A stretch of DNA of 15,321 nucleotides, taken from assembly GCA_046262595.1 (NCBI GenBank), contig JBHEMM010000016.1:1-15321 (forward strand), written 5' to 3'. A model generated the notes under the pieces. The model ran no database searches and had not been told where the DNA came from. It saw only the letters and a list, made by a program, of their open reading frames with translations. Positions 7,860 to 15,320 of this stretch are shown here, piece after piece; the stretch's first letter is position 1, and the number at the start of each line of letters is the position of its first letter. A program made the position numbers and the translations under genes. This stretch comes from Vulcanimicrobiaceae bacterium. GTDB lineage: Bacteria; Vulcanimicrobiota; Vulcanimicrobiia; Vulcanimicrobiales; Vulcanimicrobiaceae.

Positions 7860-9044
7860 ATGAGCATTTTACGGAAGTATCTGGCTTTGGCGGCCGTCGT
7901 TTCTTCGCTGGGACTGACCGCTTGCGGCGGCGCAGCGCCGGGCAGCACGCTGCCCGTCAACGGCAACAGCACCACGCAGCCGGCCGCCCAGCAAACGGAA
8001 GACGCGATCGACACGGCAAACGCCGTCGGCGCGCCCCTTACCGATATCAGCACTTACAACGACGCGATTGCCGGGCCGGCGTCGTCCGGATTCGTCAAGG
8101 GCGCAGGCCCCGCTGCAAATGCGGCCGGCTCCGGCGCCTGCACGAACGGCGTCGAGTTCTTCGTTCCGGACAAGAACGCGGACGCAAACTCGACCGAACG
8201 CATCGCGTTCTACGACGACGCGTGTACGCAGATCGCACGCGACGCCGTCCGCATCGTGTCCGCCGGCGCGCCCGGATCGGAAATCGTGCAGAGAACCGTT
8301 CATTTGTACGCGATGAACGAGCCGTCCACGCCGGAAGCGGTTCGCGCGGAGTCGGTTGTCTACTCCAACGCGCAGTTCGACCAGTACGGATATCCGGTTC
8401 TCTCGTCGGGTTTCGACCGCGTGCATACGGGAAGCTTGACCCTCGGCGGAGTTCGCACGATCGACGCTGACGGCGAGCTTTCGGTAAGCGCGAGCAGCAG
8501 CAACGTGTCGAACTTCTGCAGCGATTCCGCTGGCTTTAACGCGACCGGGAATCTGAGCGCGAACGAAACGTTCGGCTGGCAGAGCTCGAATCCGGGCGGC
8601 ACGCGTACGGTCAACGGCGACGGCAGCGTGACGTGGTCGCTGACACGCACCGGCACAGCGTTCACGGCTGCTATCGGCGCACTTTCCATTCAAACGGGCG
8701 CGCAGAACACGGCATGCCCCGTTTCGACGCCGATGTTCACGCTTGCGGGCGGTTCGGCGAAAGGCACCTACACCATCCCGATCGACGCGACGTACAAACA
8801 CGGTATTCTCACGAACCTGACCATCGCAAATGCGGCACTCGTGAACGGCGATACGCTGAACGTCTCCACGAACGGCGGCGTCGCACCGAGCGATCCGCAC
8901 TTCATCAGCGGTACGCTCAGCAGCGGCGCCGGCACGATCGCAACGTTCAACGTCGACGCGTTCGGTGACGGATCGCTCGTCGTGAAGGCGAGCGGAAAAG
9001 TGTACGCGATGATCGACTGGCACGTGGTGAAGGCGGCGTCGTAA
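7860..9044 (+). CDS. Hypothetical lipoprotein, rich in Thr/Gly/Asn/Ser, probably beta-strand rich
   Basis: ATG 7860 follows AGGGAG; signal peptide MSILRKYLALAAVVSSLGLTA-C with lipobox LTAC; no family recognised. Confidence 0.8.
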   Translation: MSILRKYLALAAVVSSLGLTACGGAAPGSTLPVNGNSTTQPAAQQTEDAIDTANAVGAPLTDISTYNDAIAGPASSGFVKGAGPAANAAGSGACTNGVEFFVPDKNADANSTERIAFYDDACTQIARDAVRIVSAGAPGSEIVQRTVHLYAMNEPSTPEAVRAESVVYSNAQFDQYGYPVLSSGFDRVHTGSLTLGGVRTIDADGELSVSASSSNVSNFCSDSAGFNATGNLSANETFGWQSSNPGGTRTVNGDGSVTWSLTRTGTAFTAAIGALSIQTGAQNTACPVSTPMFTLAGGSAKGTYTIPIDATYKHGILTNLTIANAALVNGDTLNVSTNGGVAPSDPHFISGTLSSGAGTIATFNVDAFGDGSLVVKASGKVYAMIDWHVVKAAS

Positions 9045-9086
9045 CGAGCCGGACCACACCCGGGGCGAAAAAGAAAGTGCGGCGGC

Positions 9087-9527
9087 CTACGTTGCCGTCG
9101 AGCTTTCTTTTTTTTCCTGGCCTTCTTCCAGATCGATCAGATCGGTCCACGTACGGGCCGAGTCGTTTCCCGGATCGATGCGTTCGAGTTCGTCGCAGAA
9201 CTGACGGTGTTCTTGTTCCCCTTGCGGCTCGTTGTTCTCAACCCACGCGTTCATGCGTTCGATCTTCTCGCGCTCCGGCCGCACGAGCTCGTGAATCCAC
9301 TCCAAGATGCCCGCGTCATCGCGCGCAGTGCGGACCGCGTCTAAGAACTCGTCTTCCGTAACGCCGAGTGTGTTGAAGAGCTTGAGGTTGAAGCGGCAGC
9401 CGTAGTACACGTAAGAGCCAAGCGTTCCGCCGAGCTGGGCGCGCGCCTTATCGACGGCGCGCGCTAAAATCGAGATTCCGTCGAGTTGCTCGCGGGGGCT
9501 GCGAGGATACTCTTTTGTGAGGTTCAT
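9087..9527 (-). CDS. DUF5069-like protein
   Basis: MNLTKEYPRSPREQLDGISILARAVDKARAQLGGTLGSYVY..C.F...LF..LGV...EF..AV..WTDLIDLEEG matches my recollection of DUF5069. Start is 9527 or 9536. Confidence 0.75.
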   Translation of the reverse strand: MNLTKEYPRSPREQLDGISILARAVDKARAQLGGTLGSYVYYGCRFNLKLFNTLGVTEDEFLDAVRTARDDAGILEWIHELVRPEREKIERMNAWVENNEPQGEQEHRQFCDELERIDPGNDSARTWTDLIDLEEGQEKKESSTAT

Positions 9528-9655
9528 GCCCGCCATGTTCCCGCTTTTGCGCGCCACGCGCGCCCGATAGGACGAAGGGGTAGCAACAAGGGGCGAACGC
9601 GCCTTGGGGAGCGTACGTTAGACCGTCGTACGGCACAGCGGGGTGTCGTATGGTG

Positions 9656-9684
9656 TTCTTGCCGGTCAGCGACCGGCAAGGAGG
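9656..9684 (+). promoter_or_regulatory. Hairpin overlapping the RBS (AAGGAGG 9678-9684) of the precursor ORF
   Basis: Perfect inverted repeat CTTGCCGGTC-AGC-GACCGGCAAG (9658-9680), extendable by 2 bp. Confidence 0.7.
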
Positions 9685-9688
9685 ACCT

Positions 9689-9826
9689 ATGTACGAAGCA
9701 CCTCACGTCATTGCAACGTTCGACGCCGGCGAACTCCTAGGCGAAGCTTATGGGGGCAACCCCGGTTGCGGCAATGAAGGCAATGGCTTACCTGTCGGCA
9801 ACGGCAGCTGTCACAGCGTCGTGTGA
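9689..9826 (+). CDS. Putative RiPP precursor peptide, 45 aa (absent from the ORF track)
   Basis: AAGGAGG-acct-ATG; MYEAPHVIATFDAGELLGEAYGGNPGCGNEGNGLPVGNGSCHSVV*; YxxP leader motif; first gene of a cluster that encodes a PqqD/RRE protein. Confidence 0.85.
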   Translation: MYEAPHVIATFDAGELLGEAYGGNPGCGNEGNGLPVGNGSCHSVV

Positions 9827-10721
9827 CGCACCTGGGGCGCATCAGAAAGGTGCGTCCCACAGTGCGGCCTCTGGCTACTTTACCCTAGGCCGCATCGGCT
9901 TAGCGTTTCAAACGCGGGACGCCTTGAGCCAAGCACTCGCTTGCCGCGCCTTCGCGCCGCTAAGCTGCCGCACGACGCTGCCGGCCGAACTGCATCATGC
10001 GGAAATTTTTCCGACCGCCGCAGGGCTGACCGGTCGTTTTAACGGCGTCGAGCGCCGGTACGCGATGGCCGGCGATCCGTTCGGCGCGGCATTCGACGCC
10101 GTGCGCGACGTCTTTGCGCAATTCGCCGCAACGGCGTCTGGTGACGGCGCGTATCACGGCGCGACCGTTGCAATCGCCGGCGCAGGAACCGTACTTCTCG
10201 GCGACGCAACCGCCGGAAAAACGCTGCTCGCACTCCATCTCACCGCGATGGGCGGCTGCTTTTACGGCGATGAAACGTTTTTGTTCGACGGCGAGAACCG
10301 CGTCGTGCGGGCGATGCCGCGCCTGCCCGCGCTGCGCGAACCAGCCCTAGCGCTTTTACCCGACCAAGCGATGCGTCGAGCCGTCGAGGGGGCGTTGAAC
10401 GTCGCTGCGCGCCCGGGAGGACGCTTGTACTACGCGCTCGAGCCGCACGAGCTCTGCGGCATTGCGCCCGACCCCTCGCCCCTGCCGCTGAAAAACGTTA
10501 TTCTGCTGCACGGCCGTGCACGCCATACGCGGTTGGAGCGTCTAACGGTAAACGGCTTGCTCGCCGCGTTCGTGCGCCGCTCGTACGTTAAGCCGGCGGA
10601 TCTGCGCGCGCTTGGACGGATACGCGCCGCATTGCATGGCGTGCGCGGATACCGTTTGATTGCCGGAGCGCCCGCGCAGACAGCACAACTGATCGTAAAG
10701 GAGCTTACGCGATGCACGTAA
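9750..10721 (+). CDS. HPr kinase-related P-loop protein 1 (start codon uncertain)
   Basis: YHGATVAIAGAGTVLLGDATAGKTLLALHLTAMGGCFYGDE shows the His...Walker A...DE pattern of HprK-like kinases; later PLPLKNVILL. Confidence 0.8.
   Translation: MGATPVAAMKAMAYLSATAAVTASCDAPGAHQKGASHSAASGYFTLGRIGLAFQTRDALSQALACRAFAPLSCRTTLPAELHHAEIFPTAAGLTGRFNGVERRYAMAGDPFGAAFDAVRDVFAQFAATASGDGAYHGATVAIAGAGTVLLGDATAGKTLLALHLTAMGGCFYGDETFLFDGENRVVRAMPRLPALREPALALLPDQAMRRAVEGALNVAARPGGRLYYALEPHELCGIAPDPSPLPLKNVILLHGRARHTRLERLTVNGLLAAFVRRSYVKPADLRALGRIRAALHGVRGYRLIAGAPAQTAQLIVKELTRCT
9825..9858 (+). other. Stem-loop directly after the precursor ORF
   Basis: GGGGCGCATC-AGAAA-GGTGCGTCCC, or alternatively GACGCACCT (9825-9833) pairing with AGGTGCGTC (9848-9856); no U-tract. 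Confidence 0.65.
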
Positions 10722-11608
10722 TCTCCGCGCGCGAACTGCAACGCGGAGGCGACATGGCGCATCTGCGGCAAGGCGCGCCGCAATCGGTTGCGCTTCGCAT
10801 CGCGCAGATTGGCGTCCGCATTGAAACCGCCGTTCCGGGCCTTGCTGCGGAACTTGCATTGCGTTATGCCGGTCATTTGGACGAGCGGGCGCCGGACTTC
10901 GTTTACCGCATCTTCCCCTCACCGCAAGGTTACGCGTTCTGGTGCGATCACGACGGCGCGTGGCAATGGAAAGCCGGTTCTCTGCCGCTGGATGCGATCG
11001 CATTTCTCGCCGATGCCGCTATGCTCTCGGCGCTCGTGCACTTCGATCCGCTTCTCGCTTCGGTGCATGCAGCCGCCGTCGCCGCGCACGGCTGCGCTGC
11101 GGCCATCGCCGGAGACTCGACTGCCGGAAAAACAACGACGCTGCTGGCGTGCGCGCGCGCCGGACTGCAAGTCTATTCGGACGAACGGGCGTTGGTGCGC
11201 CAAGGGATCGTCCATTCATTTTTGCGCCGCTGCTCGGTGCGTCCGGACGGGCGCAGCCGCTTGCTGGCCGACGACGACGCCGACGCACTGGCCCACGCGA
11301 TGCATGCCCGCGGCGATATTGCGCTTGCAGCGGTGTTCGGTGAAGCCGCTGTCGCACCGCCGCTTGCGCTGCGTGCACTGTTCGTGCTCGACGGCTATGC
11401 GGCGCGGCCGTTCATCGAACCGATCGACGCAACCGCGGCGCTGCCGGCCGTTTCGCGGTGGTTCGACACTTGCGGCGGCGCGATCGAACGCACCGCGCGT
11501 GCGCTGGGCCTGCTGCGTTCCCTGCACTGTTTCCGTTTGACGCTGGGTACGCCGCGCGAGAGCGCTCTTGCCGTGCGTGAAACATTAGAGCAGCTCGCAT
11601 GGCGTTAA
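10712..11608 (+). CDS. HPr kinase-related P-loop protein 2
   Basis: VHAAAVAAHGCAAAIAGDSTAGKTTTLLACARAGLQVYSDERALV; PLALRALFVL; AAGGAG RBS at 10698-10703; overlaps the previous stop. Confidence 0.85.
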   Translation: MHVISARELQRGGDMAHLRQGAPQSVALRIAQIGVRIETAVPGLAAELALRYAGHLDERAPDFVYRIFPSPQGYAFWCDHDGAWQWKAGSLPLDAIAFLADAAMLSALVHFDPLLASVHAAAVAAHGCAAAIAGDSTAGKTTTLLACARAGLQVYSDERALVRQGIVHSFLRRCSVRPDGRSRLLADDDADALAHAMHARGDIALAAVFGEAAVAPPLALRALFVLDGYAARPFIEPIDATAALPAVSRWFDTCGGAIERTARALGLLRSLHCFRLTLGTPRESALAVRETLEQLAWR

Positions 11609-13113
11609 CCGGCAACGCAAGCGCAACGACGAGAGCCGCATTGGTCCGGATGGCCGCAAATGCTGCCGCTCACGCGCGCGTCGTGATGCGCGGCGGCAGC
11701 ATGGCTCCCGACCTGCGCGAAGGAATGACGTTAGAGATCGCTCCGCCGCCCGAACGCATTCGTCGCGGCGCCATCCTTGTATTCTGCGCCGGCGCGCGTC
11801 TGGTCGCGCATCGCGTCGTTCGGGTTGAAGGTGCGGTCGCTGTCTGCTCGGGCGACGCGCAGCCCGAATGTATTGAGCGGGTGCAGCGCGGCGAAATCGT
11901 CGGCGTGGTTCGCGCAGTGTTCACGCCGGGCGGCGCCCGCGTCGACAATCTGGCGTTTCGCATGCGCGGCAATGCGCGCTCGCTTTCTCACCGCGTCCGT
12001 GTGTTTGCATCGCGAGCGCTTCCCCACCGGCGCACGCGTGCGTATGCGATGCTCGTGCGCGCGATGTCCTGCGCGGTCCGCAGCGACGATGCGGGGCTGC
12101 AGGCCGCCGTTGAAGCGGCGGCGCCGTGGCGGCTTGAAACCATTGCGCGGCGCCACCGTTGCGCTGCAGCGCTGTGCGCCGCGCTGCGGCGCACCGGCGG
12201 CGAGCACGCGGCTGAGCTCGCGCGCCGTCTAAGCGCCGATGCGTGGGCCGCAGCCGGACGTGCCCGGCGGTTGCGTTCCCAATTAGAAAGCGTTCTCGCC
12301 GTGCTGCGCGATGCCGGGATCCCATGCGCCGTCCTCAAAGGCGCCGCGCGGCTGCTGCAAGGAGACGAGTGGAGCGAACGCACCGAATCGCAAGACCTCG
12401 ATCTGCTGGTGGCCCCGCATGACGTCGAACGCGCCGCTTCGGCGTTGCGCGCTTGCGGTTACGCCCACCGCTGTTCGCAGGCGGAACTGCAGTATTATTC
12501 GGCGGCGCATCACCATGCCGAACCGCTTTACCCGCCGGGCGAAGGCGTGCCGGTCGAGCTGCATCGCTCGCTCGAGCTGGCCGAACTCTCGCTTCCGAAG
12601 ACGTGGAACGATTTGTTTGCGCTCTTTACGCCGCTGCGCGAGGGCGTGTATGCGTTGGGACCGGCGGGCAACGCGCTGCACCTCGCCATTCACGCGATGC
12701 GCCGCCCCGCGCTTCGCGAGATCGTTTTGCTCGCACGGCAGTTGCAGCGTCTGGATGCGTATGACACTGCTCGTCTGCGCGGCATTCTCGCACGCGAGCA
12801 CCGCTTTGCCATACGTCTGCACGGTGCCATCGCGTTCGCGGCGCAGCTTGCCGGAGTACCCTGGAACGTGTCCGCGCGCGCGGAGCACTATTCGCGATGG
12901 ATGCAAGCCCGCGAAGATTTGCCGCTGCCGATGCGAGCACGCACGCACTGCCTGGACGAATATTTCGGCGCGCAGGAAGGCGCCGTACAGGCTGCCTTTG
13001 CAGCAGCCTTCGAAGGCGCAACGCGCGCGCGGGGCCGGCAGACCGTCCGCGCTATCGCACGCCTGGGCGCGGCATGCGCGAGCGCGATTTACCTGCGTCT
13101 CACGCCTGGATAA
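11599..13113 (+). CDS. Fusion of an S24/S26 (signal-peptidase-like) peptidase domain and a nucleotidyltransferase (NTP_transf_5-like) domain
   Basis: N-terminal: MRGGSMAPDLREG..GAILVF..LVAHRVV..SGDA..V..GEIVGVV. C-terminal: AGIPCAVLKGAA..RTESQDLDLLV..A..AL..CGY..HH..PVELH..HLAIHA. Confidence 0.85.
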   Translation: MALTGNASATTRAALVRMAANAAAHARVVMRGGSMAPDLREGMTLEIAPPPERIRRGAILVFCAGARLVAHRVVRVEGAVAVCSGDAQPECIERVQRGEIVGVVRAVFTPGGARVDNLAFRMRGNARSLSHRVRVFASRALPHRRTRAYAMLVRAMSCAVRSDDAGLQAAVEAAAPWRLETIARRHRCAAALCAALRRTGGEHAAELARRLSADAWAAAGRARRLRSQLESVLAVLRDAGIPCAVLKGAARLLQGDEWSERTESQDLDLLVAPHDVERAASALRACGYAHRCSQAELQYYSAAHHHAEPLYPPGEGVPVELHRSLELAELSLPKTWNDLFALFTPLREGVYALGPAGNALHLAIHAMRRPALREIVLLARQLQRLDAYDTARLRGILAREHRFAIRLHGAIAFAAQLAGVPWNVSARAEHYSRWMQAREDLPLPMRARTHCLDEYFGAQEGAVQAAFAAAFEGATRARGRQTVRAIARLGAACASAIYLRLTPG

Positions 13114-13357
13114 GTCCCAACAACTCGAACTGCTGCAGAACCGCCGTCACATCTTCGAGCGCGCACGGCGCGGCACCGTCTCCCTCGAGTCTTTTTGCGA
13201 TCGCAGCCGCGTCCGTACGCCCGTCGCATGCCTGTAGAACCACGCCTGCTGTACGGTTGAGCACATGGATCTTTCGGACACGCGTATCGTGAACGAGCAC
13301 GTCGTCGCCCGTGTCTTGAATTTCCAACGCTTCGCTGCGTTCAGGTGACGCTTTCAT
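13100..13357 (-). CDS. Stand-alone PqqD-family RiPP recognition element (RRE)
   Basis: 85 aa; DDVLVHD..KIHVLNRTAGVVLQACDG.TDAAAIAKRL..DVTAVLQQFELLGLI; AAAGGA RBS. Confidence 0.88.
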   Translation of the reverse strand: MKASPERSEALEIQDTGDDVLVHDTRVRKIHVLNRTAGVVLQACDGRTDAAAIAKRLEGDGAAPCALEDVTAVLQQFELLGLIQA

Positions 13358-13372
13358 GGTGTGCGGTTCCTT

Positions 13373-14170
13373 TTAATAAGCGGAGAGTGAGCCGTCGCGC
13401 TTTGCGTGCGTGATAGCAGCGTGCAGCGCGTAGATGCCGGCGGGCAGTAAAATGAGCGTCGCGGCGGCAAGCCACAGCGCATCGCCCTGAACGGGAGAAA
13501 CGCCGCCGCCCGCCATGGCGGTGCGCGCGCCGCGCAGCGTATGTGTGAGCGGCAGCAGCCAAGAAACGTATTGCAGCGGTTCGGGCAGCAGCGCGACGGG
13601 GAAGAGCACCCCGGTCAAAAGGGTTGCGGCACTGCCGACGAAAAACGTGGAAGGCGCACCTTGCTTGAACGCAATCACGGCAGCGGCGCCGAGCGCACCC
13701 ATGGACGCTGCGCACGCCCCGCCGAGCGCGAGAAACAGCGCGAGCAGCGGCGCATCAACTTGCGCGATCCGTAAGCCGAAAATCATCGCTACGCCGATAT
13801 ACGCCGCGCCTTGCAGCAGCGCAAAGCAGATGGGCCATGCGGCCGAAGCGAAGACGATCGCGAGTACGGGGGCGGGGGAGCCAAGCATCGGCTCGAGTGT
13901 TCCGGCAACTTGGTCCCGGCGCAACGCCGCAGGAACGCACTGCAGCGCGACGTTGAGCACCAGCATGAAAGCCAGATTCACGACGACATAGCTGAAATAG
14001 TCGATGTGGCGGCCACCGGCGTCGAGTGCGGCGTGCGGATTCACGATGCGCGCGAGGAAAGCGAAACCCGCAACGGTAAGCGCTACGCTTGCGAAAGGCG
14101 TAATCAGCGTCGAAGGATACGAGAGCGCTAGTCGCACGTCGCGTTCCACGAACGCACGCAGCAGTGTCAC
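13373..14170 (-). CDS. ABC-2 type exporter permease
   Basis: About 6 transmembrane segments; RRDQVAGTLEPMLGSP, LLTGVLFPVALLPEPLQYVSWLLPLTHTLRGAR, AKRDGSLSAY. Confidence 0.93.
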   Translation of the reverse strand: MTLLRAFVERDVRLALSYPSTLITPFASVALTVAGFAFLARIVNPHAALDAGGRHIDYFSYVVVNLAFMLVLNVALQCVPAALRRDQVAGTLEPMLGSPAPVLAIVFASAAWPICFALLQGAAYIGVAMIFGLRIAQVDAPLLALFLALGGACAASMGALGAAAVIAFKQGAPSTFFVGSAATLLTGVLFPVALLPEPLQYVSWLLPLTHTLRGARTAMAGGGVSPVQGDALWLAAATLILLPAGIYALHAAITHAKRDGSLSAY

Positions 14171-15117
14171 CGGCTCGCCTCATGCACGAAGAGATCTTCG
14201 GCATCGGGTGCACAGGACGTAATCGATTTCACGCGGCTTTCGCCGTGCAGGATCTCTCGCAAAAAGCCGCTCACGCTATCCGGCTGCGCTTGCACGTCGG
14301 CGATCATTTCCGCACCGGCGGAAGACGGCCGCAGTTCGATATCGCCGAACCGCGAGGCACGCAGCGCGAGCGTTGTGTCGATGCGATCGAAGTCGACGCG
14401 ATAGCGCATCGTTTTGACGAAACGGCGGCTCAGCGCCGCAGGCGTGTCTATTCCGATCGTGCGCCCGCCCGAAAGCAGCACGATGCGATCGCAAACGTTC
14501 CACGCCTCTTCGAGTAAATTCGTCGCAAGCACAATGGTCTTGCCGGCACGCTTCGCGAGATCGTCGCGCACGAACGTGCGGAGCATCTGCGCGTGAAGCG
14601 GGTCGACGGCGCGCGTCGGTTCGTCCAGAAGCAAGATTTGCGCTTCATGCAGCAAGGCACGCGCGATGGAGAGCCGCTGACGCGTGCCGGTCGAGCAGCG
14701 GCTGTAACGCCGCCCGCCCACCGCGGTCAGATCGGTGATGGCGAGAACCGCATCGACGCGCGCCTTCAAGGCGCAGCCGTGCAAACCGTAGAGCCGCGCA
14801 AAAAACTCGAGATTCTCGCGCATAGAAAGACGGAAATAAAAGCTCCGGTCCGCGGCACTGCACAGTCCGACGATGCGCTGCGCCGCTCGCGCCGTCAGCG
14901 GCGCACCGTCGAAGAGGATTTCGCCACGGTCGGGTTTGAGCAGTCCGGCGATAGCGTGCAGAATCGTCGTCTTTCCGGCTCCGTTGGCGCCGAGCAGACC
15001 AACGACTTCTCCGCGCTCGACGGTAAAGCCGATATCTTCGAGCACGGGCACGCGCTCGCCCGGGCGCAGCCAATGCCCCTTGCGAAATGCCTTTCCCAGC
15101 CCACGAACGTGCAGCAC
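14167..15117 (-). CDS. ABC exporter ATP-binding protein
   Basis: Walker A GANGAGKTT, signature CSTGTRQRLSIARAL, Walker B LLLDEPT; GTGA overlap with the permease. Confidence 0.95.
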   Translation of the reverse strand: MLHVRGLGKAFRKGHWLRPGERVPVLEDIGFTVERGEVVGLLGANGAGKTTILHAIAGLLKPDRGEILFDGAPLTARAAQRIVGLCSAADRSFYFRLSMRENLEFFARLYGLHGCALKARVDAVLAITDLTAVGGRRYSRCSTGTRQRLSIARALLHEAQILLLDEPTRAVDPLHAQMLRTFVRDDLAKRAGKTIVLATNLLEEAWNVCDRIVLLSGGRTIGIDTPAALSRRFVKTMRYRVDFDRIDTTLALRASRFGDIELRPSSAGAEMIADVQAQPDSVSGFLREILHGESRVKSITSCAPDAEDLFVHEASR

Positions 15118-15173
15118 GCCTTGAGCATACTTGACGCGCGGTGTCCTACTTAAGCGGCCAAGGGGCCCATGCC

Positions 15174-15320
15174 TTAGTCTTTTAGCCCTCCGGCAGAAAC
15201 GATCGCGCTGTGCAATTGCAGCAAGCGTTCCTGCGCCGGTATTCGGGGCTCGCGTCGCTGCACGCGGAAAAGGACGAAAAACAGCATAAGGGCAACTGTG
15301 CTTTTCTTGCCGACGTAGCT
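15174..15320 (-). CDS. Possible C-terminus of an upstream (membrane?) protein, truncated by the window edge
   Basis: Open frame SYVGKKSTVALMLFFVLFRVQRREPRIPAQERLLQLHSAIVSAGGLKD* with a hydrophobic stretch, co-oriented with the ABC operon. Confidence 0.35.
   Translation of the reverse strand, partial: SYVGKKSTVALMLFFVLFRVQRREPRIPAQERLLQLHSAIVSAGGLKD

Noticed and set aside
9731..9757. Double-glycine (ELxxxxxGG) bacteriocin leader
   Set aside because: The ABC transporter here is ABC-2 type with no C39 peptidase domain. The RRE plus S26 peptidase explain the leader better.
9750..11608. True HPr kinase/phosphorylase (hprK)
   Set aside because: Only the P-loop region resembles HprK. The N-terminal domain and the EIRGLG signature are absent, and the context is not PTS-related.
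9689..13357. Calling the cluster a canonical lasso peptide cluster
   Set aside because: The YxxP leader and Gly1/Glu8 spacing fit, but no lasso cyclase or B2 protease is in the window and the leader lacks Thr(-2). It remains possible only if those genes lie outside the window.
13100..13357. PQQ biosynthesis gene pqqD
   Set aside because: No pqqB/C/E is present and the peptide lacks the PqqA ExxxY core context, so this is a generic RRE.
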